A stretch of 64,000 bases of DNA from Catajapyx aquilonaris. Its lineage: Eukaryota. The notes below the pieces were generated by a model. It was not told the DNA's origin. It saw only the letters and a program-made list of their open reading frames with translations, and made no database searches. The stretch is taken from positions 1 through 64,000 of the forward strand of contig JYFJ02001516.1 of the NCBI GenBank assembly GCA_000934665.2, written 5' to 3'. The position numbers and the translations under genes were made by a program. Each line of letters begins with the position of its first letter. Positions within the stretch are counted from its first letter, which is position 1. Positions 40,401 to 53,418 of this stretch are shown piece by piece.

Positions 40401-43400
40401 GAAAATTATTCGCTTTCATCACTTTTTACATCACAAATGGATATTCTCCTATTTTTCACTGCATCGAATCATAAGTCCTATATCAAAATTACGTGGGTAC
40501 AGTGCAATTAGTCTGAACATTTGAATATGAAAATGCGTAATTTCTCCATGAAAATGTATGGAATGTTTTAATTCTCATTATTGCTGAAGCATTTGAAAAG
40601 TTCGATTCCGGAGCAACATCGTCCACATTTGAATGCGCTTCTGACTGTGGAATTTAATGTGTATTCAATAAAAGTTTACTTTTCTTGCTGCGAATATTAA
40701 TACAAATGGATTTTTTCATGGAAGAAAATATGCAAATTCAGAGCCACGGTACGTAACAAGTTGCGTGAGATAATTTTGTTTCCAACATACTAATCTCGCT
40801 AATTGCAGGTGGCTCTCGCTTTCAATAGTGTGACCACAGATAACCTGCCTCGTACGAGATCTTAAAAATTTGGATCAAAACCAACAATGCACGAGATTAT
40901 CACAACTGCATAACTTGTATAGATGTGTACTCATCACCTGAGGGTATACTTGTATACATGCCCATGTCAGATAGTAGAGGCAATCAGTCACAAACGCGTC
41001 GGAAAAACAGGAAAATCGAAAGTAACTATACAGATATTATACAGCCTACCTTTGGCATATGGCTCATACACTATAGATTATTGTGTCGAAGAGTAATCAA
41101 ATGGGTTACATAACAAAATGTCATTAAATTCCTTACAGCTTAGCTGTCTAATATATGAAACGATTTACGGACTATAAAATGTACAGTACCGGTAATTTAT
41201 TTCCGAGACACATTTTAAAATGTATTGCATTTTCTCTTAGAAGCACGACAACAACTGACATGTCTGAAGCAACAATTGCGAGACAATCGCCACATCTCAC
41301 TTTCGGCACACATTCTCATTGAAAATATGAGTAAAAAATACATGAGGCAAGACTAATCACACCATTACTGTTGAAACGTGTCATACAGTCTAACGCTGAC
41401 TGATGATCTGGCCTCGTTTATGAAATGCCCCAAGCTCGTATATTTCCACCACGAAGTTGTAAATACTCTCAAGGACTGCTGACGTTTACAGAAACTCAAT
41501 GACCAGAACGGTTAGCTGCCAAGTAATTTCTCAAAAGCACTTAGGGTTGTCGGTAAACACTCATGTTATTTACTTCTATAATATTTTAGATATGCGCAAC
41601 CGTGGTAGATACACCGTGAGGTAATTAGCCTGCATCTAAATACTGTCAGGACTGTTGGACACTTCAAGGGAGTAGACAAACTTAGCAGTTCATTACTTAG
41701 ATAAAATCATGGAAATCCTTGCTGTCATTTTTATTCGAGGTCGTGGATATTTAATTGCAAACATCCGTAATATTCAGACGAGGACATACTCGCTCTATTA
41801 TGCCGGAGTACATTACGAGCGATATGCACAGGTACGCCTAAGCGCATATCGTAAGTCCTAAATATTTTTAGATATCTTTTTTGTCATTAGATGTTGGAGA
41901 GTGATATCCACGGTTGATGGCTCGCGAGGTATTTCACAACGTACGTGCCGTCCGACTAATCCTGAGGTTGAAAGCAGAACCACGCCATAAAACTTCGCCT
42001 TCTTCAAGTCAAGAGATGTATTTTGGTTCAGCAGCCATCAGAAAAAAAAACGTGCTGCGGTTTTTTAGAAAATTGTTATGCTTCGCACGCGTATAATTTT
42101 ACACATCAACTAATTCAACAAATGGTGGTGGCCTACTTTATAAAAGAAAATAGACTGTTGTAGTGTAATTTCACTCCCCATAAAAGTCTCGGGATTTGAC
42201 AAGTGCTTATAAGAAACACAACACAATAAGTCACACTGAAAGTTAGGTTACCTCAATAATTCACTAGAGCAATAACCAAATGCTGCTGGGAAATGCTCAT
42301 TGCATCGGAAATGAGGCGCAAGTGGTTTACTACACACAGTAGTTACCCTACTTTCCATCAAAGGGAAGCCAAAGAGAAAAAAATTGGGGAGGGGGTAACG
42401 GAAACGGACGATGGGAACAAGGGGGGGTCTCTCTTTTGTTGGGACCGCGTTGTTCCGTGGGCTTCCTTCACATCCACATCCCCGTGCCATGGTAGATTTT
42501 TGCGTACTTAGTATGAGCCTATTATGCCGAGAGGTGAAACATTTAAGGGGGGGGGGGTACACAGTGGTAGCGCCCACGGGAATCACGCACTTTTCCCAAC
42601 CGTGACCATAACACACACAGAGGCCTATGACATCTCTGTGGCTGTCATCCTGGGGGCAGATTCAAATAATCCCCAAAAAACCAACCTTCTTCCTCGACGA
42701 AAAAGGCCAACTCTTGCAACTCATCGCGATCTCCTTGGAAATGCACGGATCTGAGTCTTGCAGTTTGTGAGGGCCCGCCAGCAATAATGTACTCCTTGGC
42801 CGGTCCGTCCGGATGGCTGTCATTGGAATAGGAGCGACAGGAGTTGGAAGAGTAGATGCTGGAATCGAGGTCTCCCAGATAGAGCGAAGAGGAGGAACAC
42901 ACGCAGACTGCAAAGAGAAAGGAGCTTTGGCGGAACTGCCTGCCGGCCTTCAGGGAAAGCTAAACTCAAGGCCTTGGTGCAACTCCCAAGCCCACCGTGA
43001 CGAGCAGCTGCTTATTATGATTTGTGACAACAACTAGTGCAGCACCCCGTAGGTTTTTGAACAACGCCCACTTTTACTTGATAAAATGAAATCGCTCTGG
43101 CTGCGATCGAGCGGAAACCTGGCCAAAAAGTCAGCCGCCGGAGAAACACTTCCTTTCCAGATAGCAGATCTCTTCTTTCATCAGATTTATCAGTGAAAGT
43201 GGTTGCTATTTGTGGAGAAGGGGGCAAAATACCTTCTTCGCCAGCACTGTCTTCACCGTTTCTCCATCCGGCCTTCCAGAATCCGAGAGGAAAATAGGTG
43301 GAGCTGGAGGCGCCTGACCCTGAGGACACTGAACGGGGTCTTTGAGGTATGGGCGGTGGTGGAGGCATCGGACGCCCCATCAGACCACCGGAGACTGGAT

Positions 43401-46400
43401 CGCACCACCTTCTTCACGGAACATCAACACTGATGTGGAGGTGGGGCAAGTCACTCGTTTCAAGGACCACTGAACTGAGCTCAGAAAGGGGCGTCTTCTC
43501 GTCCAGCAGCTGCCGGCGGCCTACCACATTCCTGGCCATATGTGAGGTACGTGTGGGTAGAACTGAAGCCTCACAGATGGAATAAGCACGTCCTCCTGCT
43601 CTGCCCGCACTGGATGAAAGCGAGTTCATAACGGGGCACCACCACCACCACGGACTAGCTATCTCCTCCCAGGGGTGAAAACTGCTCGCCCGACTGAGTC
43701 CTTCGCCTGCTTCCACTGCAGACAATCCTACCTACCAACAACAAGATAGCTGGCGCTGCTTTTCGCCCGCTTCGGCTCACCTGGTGAAAGGTGGGGGCGA
43801 CAGGTGCGCCCTCTGGAAAACCCCTCAAGAACGACCGAAGGGGGAGGTGTGTGGGGGAGGAAGGAACAATAGACAGAACCCAGCAGCATCTGTTTGCTTG
43901 ACATTACACGATCGCTAATATACATTTCTTATGCGAAGAAAATCCATACGAATATGGCAGACGCGACTTCATTTGAACTAGAAGACTTCATAAACAATTT
44001 GGTATCGGTACTGGTCTTACCTTCGTCTTCCCAGCAGGCGTCGCAGGCGCCGGGGCTGGTGCGAAATTGTCGCCTCTGAGCCTCCCTCATCTTTTGTGAC
44101 CAGGTTCGACGAACTGCGTTGTGGGCGCGACCCAAGCGACGTGCCCGTGATCGAGACCTTTGTACCAGCTGCACCCTGTGACCGAAATTGCCCAGTGTTA
44201 GCTATTCAACAGACGTAATAACAAGTTGCGATTTCCAGGCTGCACCTGCAGACAGTACCGCACAAGGTTGCACTCTTAATAAGTAGTGGTGGGTGAACCT
44301 AAAAGCAGAGGAAGGTCTTGTTTTTTGCGAAATGCCTATAGGGCACACATTTGAGTCGTCCAAAAAATGTTAGCATGGCATTCGGGCCACTCCTAGAAAG
44401 TGCGGTCATACGCAATTATTTCTAATTTTGTACGTCACGTTCTGTACCGTAGTTAATATTATGCCCTGATAATGCTGCAAATTCAAGGTGTCAGCATACA
44501 ATCAGTCGTGAGAACTAGTTCATGACATCATGAGTTATTGCCCCACTTAAAATTCTCATTTGTGCGCGTGTGCGACTTTCTGGAAATTAAGTTCAAAAAG
44601 TTTGTTTAAAGTATTTGAGCATTTTAACTAGACGGGGGCAAGAAGAAAAAGTGTTGGGAGCGGAGAGGAAATGCGTGCTGAGAAAAAATCTGCACGCCAC
44701 ATCAACTGGAAATGATATTGCAAAACGGGTTTGTCCTCCATGCTTCTTTCGTGATATAGTTGCAGGCAAAACGTACTCACTGCTTAGCCCGTCAAAAATG
44801 CAAAACAAATTGGTACTTTCGGTCAACGAAACGGTTGAGAAATGATGGTATCCGGATTATTTAGAACAGGTAATGATTCACAAAGCATATACCAACACCT
44901 ACCTGATTCGTGGGTGTGCGAAATTATCTTCTTCATCGGCACAGTCTATCCATTCGTCACTGACCTCGCTGAATGGACCCAAATGATGCAGCAGCTCATG
45001 ATTCACAGCATCTGATTCTCCTGAAAATCATATATTTCATTGCATAATATTGTAATATGCGCGTAACTATAGTACGTCACATTCTGTCCGGGACTGTACA
45101 TCAACATTACAAACGTTGTGTTAGGTTCACGCCGTTATTTTGCACGTTTTTCCTTTAATTAGAGGCTTGGATACCATTAGCCTACGCCCCCTTTGGTTGT
45201 TTTTACAACAAATCCGCGCAAATTGACAGAAAAAGTAGCGGCGCAGCTACTTACCGGCAGTTTCGTACAGCGGTTCTTTGGAAGGTGGTCTGGCCTCATC
45301 AGCTTCTGCGTAGAGAGGCTCTTCCTCGAGGGCAACGTCGTCGTCTGCAAAAGGCAGCTCGGGAAGCAGACGCCTGCACACATCATCAGGCGGTTGCACC
45401 ACTTCGTACCCGCACATCGAGTCCGCATTGTCAAGTTCAATGTAGCTGTACGACGATGGAGCCTGGATGGCGTCGTAACCGTACGTGTCACTGGGAGCAC
45501 CAATGTCGTCGTAGATGTCGTCGGTGTCCAGGTTGGGCGGGAGGGATGCCATGTGTCTCGCCCACAGGAAACTTGCGTTGGGAACCAGAGGCAGGGACGT
45601 GGGCGGAGGGGCGTCCAGGTCCATAAAAACGTCGTTGCCGTTGATGTTGGCATAAATTATGGAGGACTTTGGCTTCAGCAGGCTCGGCCTGGGCTGAGGT
45701 GTGGGTGCAGAGGTGTGGACCTGATGTGATGAGGGCAGAACCGGAGGGTCGCAAGTCTCTGCCGGCTCCGTCTCGGACTGACCACTGTGCAGGAAGGTCA
45801 TGTTGGCCTTGGTCGGGACGCACTTGACCGTGTCCTCTTCTGGCTTTGTTTCAGGCTCCAGGGGCACTTGCCTCTCAGGTTCGACCTCTGAGGATTCGAC
45901 ACCTGCTGGTCCTGTCGTGTCAGCCTGATGGTCCGCATCATGCTTGGTCGAATTTGGGGCACCTGCCTGGCCTCCTCCCAAGTTATCGTATTTTGAGATC
46001 AGCCGGGCAACTTTGCTCGCACTTGCGGTAAAGTTGAGGTTATATCCGCCCTCGCACCTGGATGACACCCGTCTCCGCACACCTGTCCCCTCTGTAAGTG
46101 CATTGTTGTCAGGGTTATTATCACTGTGGTTTAATGGACGTACTCACCTCTGATGGTCACATCTCCCGCCCCTTCTCCATCGACGGAACCATCTGATGAG
46201 ACCACGGTTCCTGCACCTCTTCTTCTTCCTATGCCCGATGCGTGTCTCCTTAGCCTTTGACGTGAGGCAGGAAACGAAGGTACAGTAGCCTTCCTACGTG
46301 CGCTGGGGGTCCGCTGCACCAGGATTTTGAAGTTGGCGCGAAGTGGCTGGGAAGGACCTCCCCCGGTGATGCTGACCGATATTTTGGGTTCCTCCAGGTC

Positions 46401-47162
46401 GGTCTTCTTGGAAGATGAGGCTGAGCTGCTAGAACGCACCTCTGCTTTGACATGCTCCGTGTTGGGTTGCAGCATCCCATCTAGGAAGCTTTTCTTGGCC
46501 GGATTGTCACCACATGGCAACGGTTCTGGTTGGGGTTCTTCGGGGGCCACTGCCAAGCTGGAACCCACCGAATTGAGAACGACCCCGTTGGTCAACGACC
46601 ACCGGAATCTGGACTTCCCCGATTCCTGTTTGGCACTACTGCTGCTTTCGAAGACTCTTCTGAGCGAGCTGACGCTGACGCTGCGATAACCCATGTCCAA
46701 CCGGAAAGCAGCGGTGCTGAGTTCGGCACTGGCATCGGTTATCACCTTTTTGGGCTCAGGATGAGGAGCAGGAACCGGAAGTTCCGGTTGGCTCTGTTCC
46801 TCCTCCCCGCCTTGGACACTCCTTGGTAAGGTGCAAAAGGAGGCCACCGGTTTGGGCACTTGCGCTGTCGACGCCAGTGGCTTGTGAGAGTGCTGGTCTA
46901 CACGCCACTGCCCTCGACCCAAAGACCCACTCCTGGTCATCTTGTCCTGGTTGACTCGGGTTTCCCCAGCAGACTTGCTCTTGGAAAAATACTCCAGGCT
47001 TTCCTTGAATTTTTGACTGTTCCATGTCTTTTTGAAGCTTTCGTACAGCCTGCTGGTGGTGCTGCTGGAACTGCGGCTCTTGGTTGCTGACGATGCCAGG
47101 CAGTTGGGTGGTTTCTGGCAGGCCCCCTCAGCACCGTCGTCTTGAGGCTGGGCCATCGTCAT
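34432..47162 (-). CDS. Exn: Ephexin-family Rho guanine nucleotide exchange factor (DH-PH-SH3)
   Basis: Exons 46148-47212 (ATG 47162), 45255-46082/46091, 40040-40203, 39445-39899, 38902-39307, 38630-38789 (RSLWCELP), 38365-38547 (ERKLQEAMFEVIASEASY), 37863-38034, 37487-37691 (SFLMLPMQRVTRLPLL), 37067-37326 (CNEGARKMER, LFLFSDLLVV), 36027-36186, 35750-35954 (YEEWDCPQV..QQPDELSL), 34432-34643 (GWFP, RARNLRQRYRLL). All junctions are phase-consistent; the 5' exons are less certain. Confidence 0.9.
36437..36818. mobile_element. Tc1/mariner-superfamily MITE (382 bp) in an Ephexin intron
   Basis: TA|CAGTACCGCTCATAAAGAATGGTATGACTCTATCGAC ... GTCCATAGAGTCGTACCATTCTTTATGAGGGGGACTG|TA: 37 bp TIR with 4 mismatches, TA TSD. 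Confidence 0.85.
42645..44175 (-). pseudogene. Decayed coding-like segment, probable duplicate of the Ephexin 5' exons
   Basis: GC-rich with broken minus-strand ORFs. Collinear motif matches to 45255-46400: VSITG..RLRR..GRRR, ARxISxY, PRP..LK, SFL(F/W)A..LD..IY. Internal stops and frameshifts. Confidence 0.4.
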
Positions 47163-49549
47163 GTTAGGGCCATTGCTGTTCTGGGCCTGTGACACAATGA
47201 TTGTGATAAATGCTGGAAGTGTTGGAGCGGGGCAAATTGGAACTACGACCCGAGAAAAGGCGCATGCATTTTCAATCTAATCTCCAACGACGATAGCAGT
47301 AAACAGTTGCCTGATACCACGACCATGACGCTTTTCATTGATAACGCATCGCAAGCCACACATTACAATGGAAATATGTCACTTGACCTATGCTCGAGGG
47401 TGAAATACCCTTTTAGGTCAACAATACTTCTTGTTAGGTGAAGTCGAGATCAGAATACCCTTTTCAAATATGTGTACTAATAATTAGTGCTGATTTCCTG
47501 CCCTCAAAACTTGGTATGTGTGCATTATTACAGAGTTATGTGTATCAAAATAAATCCCTGTTTCTATAATGAGTAAATGCGTTACAGCATGCATTGAAAT
47601 TAATATTATTACACACTTTGGTGCGTATAATAGCTGGATTATGCATGGTGCACTATTTTAAGCCTGAAACTGTACTGTGCACGCACGCACCAATTTTTCA
47701 TTGATGTAACATTGTATTGTGCGCATTGCAAGTAAAGTGTGGAATTATTGAAAAAACAACACTTACTATCTGTGTTTGTCAAGAGACGGGTAATTGGTGC
47801 ACTAAACTGACCATAAACACTCGTAAAACCTGTTCTTTCCGTGATCCATACACAACTACTGTTTACGTCTGACCACTCGTGTCAATAATCCTTGAACGAT
47901 TCTGACTGACACCATGAAATAGTCAATCACTTCTTCTTCGATTATTAGTCACCATGTCAGCCCAAAAGGTGACCTCAAACCCCCGATAACAAGTGAAGCC
48001 TCAGCAAAAGAGCTGCGTGCGACCCAAAACAATACTCGCCATGAGCCACATACTTCGTTTCGGAGAATTGACTCTTTGACACATGCAGGGAAGGGGCAAC
48101 GACCTTGTCACATCGAGTTATTTTAATGTCGTTTCCGGTCACCTGTTGACGTCATAAACCTGACTTGCTGCATTCCCGTTATGAAGCTCAACCTGCTCCG
48201 GAGGTGGAGGACTACCCCGTGTAAAATGCGTCGACGACCTCTTCTGGGTGATTCATTCTTGGGTCTGTGTACTTTTTGGTGGTCTGTGTGAGTGCTGCTG
48301 ACTATACCAGGAGGGTCAGCACCGCCTAAGGGGCGTCTAACAGGGGGCGTCCACCCCTCCTGTTCTTGGGCCAGGAATGCGTAGGGAGCAATCTCGGGCG
48401 GAAACCGATGCCAAATTCCCCTCCCCCGTTGCCCACAAATATTTCAAGTTTTCTTCGAAAGGTGAAGGGAGATTAGTTTTTTTTGTATGTGTGAGCTTCT
48501 CGAGTTTTTTACATGTTCTCATCAAAAATTTTATCCGGGAGAAACCTCCAATTGCGGAATCGAAAAGTGAAAGTGGAACGCACACCTACACGTTCACCGC
48601 TTAAGTGTACGTTTACAAATCACATGTCTAGGTGTTGCACCAAAAAAACTTCTGTAATTTGGGTTACGATTAGAACAGACTAATTTATGAGATTACGTAT
48701 TTTGCGTCATTACAAGCGTGTTTGCGATGTGGTAGGTCCAAACCGAAATTTTTATTATTCTGCAAGAATGAGGAAAACATATCGAATTGAATGCAACACG
48801 ATTTCTCTTACAATATTTTTGAAATAAGGTATCGCTCTGGAGACTGCCTATTTTCACGTGTTTTAAGCAACATTTCTGCGAACTGGACAACAGCGTCTTA
48901 AAATATGAATTCAGGCGTGTTCAAAATTACAGATCTACAAGCAACTCCCAGCAGGAAAAGAATGTCCGTGCGTGATGGATAAAAATATACGCCACCCAAC
49001 AAAAGCATCTCTGACGTAAACTATCAAAACTCCTTTTCCTCTCTTTACTTTTTAGTACTATACTAACCGGTTCCTAACAGGCTGCAATTTACCCCTCCCT
49101 GGGCATGTATTATAATTAGGCTGTCCTACATAGAGCATCTCGATCACTCTGCCTGTCCTTTACGGTTGTCATAAACAGGTTGACTTTCATGGCTCCAGGT
49201 TATAAGAGGTTCCAACATGCTCTCTTTTCCAGCAAACCTCATTAGCATGATTCATCGAGAAGACATTTTGTCTATTGGATTATTATCGGTGTTTCTCACG
49301 TTGTAACAAAAAAAGGAGTGAAATTCCACGGGTTGTCGTGGGCTCCCAGAAAAGGCCGCGCTGGCAACAAAGTCACGTGAACAGCCTCCAGCTTCCCACT
49401 CGCTCATTTCAGATGCATCAGCACATCTCTCACTCAATAAAAAAAAGGAGAGCATACACGTACCAACCCAGAGAAACGCTGTCAACCAAGCGAATTCACC
49501 AATATTATGTCACCCTATCTGGCAACTAGTAGAAACAATCTGGACTCAC

Positions 49550-49949
49550 CTGCCGATTAGTGAAAATCCTAGTTCACACAATGACGGTGGCAACAACGGT
49601 GTGAGTGTTACCGTCCGAAAAAATGCGCCCGGTGCATTTCACAAGAACGGTGCACAACAAAACCACGAGCAGCTCTGGTAGCCTCGTTGGCTGTGTCTGG
49701 CCGCCTATCGGGTTGCACTGTTGGCCAGCAAGGTCAATCGCAGCCTCGGCCTTCCAGAGGGTGCTGCTGCTTCTTCCTCCAAGGTCCGTCCCCCCTCCTC
49801 CGTGGTGCTGAGCACAGCCCAACGGACCCGACCCCAACGAGAGCCTTGCCTCCCACGTAACCCGAGGGGGGTGTTTTGTATATAGCAACAGGTGGCTCCC
49901 TCGCACCTGTGTGAGAGGAACACCTGAGATCACAGGTGAGTTTCACCTG
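49550..49949 (-). promoter_or_regulatory. Putative Ephexin promoter and non-coding first exon (TATA plus E-box cluster)
   Basis: TATATA at 49879-49884, five CAGGTG/CACCTG sites at 49889-49949, GC-rich exon-like stretch ending in donor CAG|GTGAGT at 49550. Confidence 0.5.
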
Positions 49950-50473
49950 GCATACTCACGCCATCCACATTCTGGATTTTCAAACTAGAGAGAGAGCAAA
50001 ACCAAGAGTCTTCTATATTGGACAAAAATATTGAGAATATTTCATTCAAAATGAATGAAAATGAACGAGTACACATTAAATTGTGTTGCATAAGTTCTGA
50101 AGTTTGCGGATTTAATGTGACACATGCATGCACTAAAAATTCTTGCTTTGCACCCCCACTATTTTCATACTCACCTGAACTTCGTCCCGTGTTCTGTTGG
50201 GTCCACGGTTGGGTCATTCATGTGCTGCAAGAATTGATGGAGGTATGGTATGTGATGTGATAACTATTAGATACGTATTTCATCACTAACATATGTCAGA
50301 CTTGATTTACAGAACGATTTACAAAACAGGCATTGGGTAACATACTTGACGCCAGCTTTTTAAGTCAGTTTTCTGAGAGATACGTAAGTAAAGTCCCCTA
50401 TAGTTTGAAAAAAAGTGACCCCAATAAGCGAAAACGCACTCTTCACACTTATCATATTATACAGTAAGGCCTG

Positions 50474-50580
50474 CAGTAAAATCTCGATATAACGCTCTCT
50501 CATATAAAGTTTTCCCGCTTCTAATGCTACTTTAAAAGTAATAGTCCCCTGAAAAGCGTTAGTATATCGAGATTTTACTG
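50474..50580. mobile_element. Small pogo/Tc1-type MITE (107 bp)
   Basis: Perfect 18 bp TIR CAGTAAAATCTCGATATA / TATATCGAGATTTTACTG; TA on the right flank, TG on the left. Confidence 0.75.
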
Positions 50581-53418
50581 TATTTCGAAATCTTGTAGTG
50601 TATTCTGATAGTTGTGCGTTTTAGGTCGTCGCGTGCACTTGATCCTATAGGCTTATGCTGTGCATAAACATCTCAAAATTAGGGTTTATATGTATAAAGG
50701 TGTGGTTTTGTGATATTTTAGGAAGTCGTTTCATATTTAAACCAAATTTCAGACGGGTTTTTGCATACTGCTATAATTAGCCATGTGCAGCATATATAAT
50801 AGGAAATCCTGGTGCATATATACACACCATTCTCGGAAGTTCGCATGAGAGATATGCCGCATGCCGGTGGCTTACACTTCCTTCCCTGATTAGGAAGTGT
50901 ATGCATAGAAAAATGATAATCAAGGGGATTTTGTTTGATGAAATTTACACTACATGTAGTGAAACCTGTATACATAACTTATAGCGGAATCGCTCTATTC
51001 CGTGGAAATTTTCCGTAATAGGCAAGTTATCGTTACGTTACTGGAAAACATTAACCTTAATGACTCTTTACTTACTTGAAACAATACGTCGAAATATGTA
51101 AGTTTACCACTGACAATTTTCAATGTTTGTGACGGGTGCTGTGGCACCTTGGAGTTGGATTGAATTATCAGGTAAGGCGATACAAAATATCTCCTTTATC
51201 TCAGTTTATAGTATCGGTGTTTTTGAGTCCTTTTTTCAGGTAGGCCTGTAGAGTAAAATTCCTGTTACAGCGGCGCGGTGGTGCCCCTGACATTCCAGTG
51301 TAACTGTCTTTATGAATGAGAAAGGATTGTTTTCATAGAAAGGTAAATAGGCTCAAGCTGGTATAAGCCTATAGAGTAGAAGCATCTTCTTTGCACTCTT
51401 ACAGTTAGCAAGAGGAAATGCCCTTTCGGTATTAGTAAGCCTATAAGACATAGACGTGGTTGTAGTGGACAAGGCAGCAGGTCACAATAAAGCTGCGTAA
51501 CACGTTCGTGTCCTTCACTTTTTAGCTTGTACCGGCAATAGACTAACTTAGCTGGTGCCAAGGAATTGTGCTACGGGATATGATTCCGAGTGAAATTTTG
51601 CAGGTTGTGTGATTGTGAGCCGGATTTTTCGCCGGTCTCATGCGTACTGTGCTGTGCCAAGTTTGAATCACATTTATCATCAGCTATCAGCAATTGAACT
51701 GGTTTATGGAAAAGGATTTATGTTCCAGTTTCCCTATTTAAAAAATAGCTTGCTTACGAAACAATAAGTTCTATTGAAAATGTTCCTATTGGGCCATATT
51801 GTAGGTGCGTATAGTCAATAAGCGATGGCTGGAATGGGTTTACATAAAGATTTGTGATGCATCTTGTACTTGTATACGAGTGCAGCTGAGTTGATTCAAA
51901 CATTTCCTGAAGTCGAATAGCTTTATGCGTGTGTTAATGTACAGCATTACGGTATAGTAATATTATTATTACACATTAGACGAAACAAGAAGGCTTTAGA
52001 AGGAAGAAGGAAGTTACGGAATAATCGCATAACAGTTTATGGAAGTCCAAGTTGCTGTTTATTGTTAAAAGCAACGATTTCTTCACGTTACGGGCTGATT
52101 GTAGAGTTGCAGTAATGAAGGTACAGGTTAAATATTTATAGGGTGAGCTCAGTAGGTTAAGTAGTTTTACAGTATTTGTGAATTTTCCATTGTTACAATG
52201 AGGGAATCACTATCACACATAATGCACGCTTACCAAAAAGTGCCTCATTAGGTGAACATTAATGTTTCTTCTTTCGCAGTAAATAAGACTGACTGGCGAT
52301 ATTAATATAGTTATTTGATAAAAGACCACTTTTACGATTATAATTACTGAGATCTTGGCTGGAGGTTCCCGGTACAACTTTAAATAGCCGCATAACTTGT
52401 GGCGAATTAAAGATACCTTAGAGATTATTTTAAATGAGAGATGCCAATTATGCCACGATACTTTTTTGTAACTGTTATACATGTTAGCAGCATTTCGGTC
52501 CAAATTGACTTGTTGGTGACATAACTAGTGCTGGTCATAATATTATCACCATCAAGGTGTCACATTATTTAAAATGCGTGAGAAATACATCAGAGCGATT
52601 TAGTAGTGTACATCAGGTAACATTATCGGATATGTCTATGAATGAGCATATAGATTGGCACGCACTGCAAAAAATTTTACCAGAAAAATGATGCCTACTC
52701 AGCGAATACAAAATCATATAGCGACGAAACTATGAACAATCAACACTTACCGCACATGTAAGAAATTCATGAACAGAGAGACGCCTAGCACACCTTACAG
52801 AGATCGTTAGTTTACAGAGGAGATAAACAAAGTAAGAAAGCACCACAGATTGTAGCTGAATGTTGCAAAAAGTTTTACTAAGCATTCTGTTTCATTTTTG
52901 GTCCCTGCGCATGATATTATAGGGAAACGATGTGTATTGGCTGGAAGACGTTATAAACGAGCCCAAACAACAAGGCTCTGTATTATGCACGAAAGTGCCG
53001 TTATTCGTATCGGTAAAAGAGGAACTGGGCCGATCGAAGCTATGTGAATATGTATTTTAATGCACAGGGCAGTTCAAAATCTCGCCACCTCTGGCCTTCG
53101 ATAACGCATCACTTAATGTTACAGGCAAATGAAACGCAGCGACATTAACATTGCATTGCGAAAAAAAAGTTAAATACGTTAGGGAACTCTTGATATCCTT
53201 GTACTTGAAATATTTTCGTGCAGTTACTTTTGAGCCACCCTGCAAGTACATACATGTCACGTGCAAATGAACAGTCCTATGTACTCTGGGGTTTGCAACT
53301 TGATAATCCCTGCTTGACAAAGCTAAAAAAAAAGAACGCCTAGAAAAAAGTGTCACCATTGCATCACAATCAAGCCACACATCGAACTGAATCCTGATTA
53401 TTTTGGTATAGTTTCCTC

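Noticed and set aside
45193..47090. Several long plus-strand ORFs (also 7619..8026, 15077..15610, 39496..40005)
   Set aside because: They are antisense shadows of GC-rich coding exons on the opposite strand.
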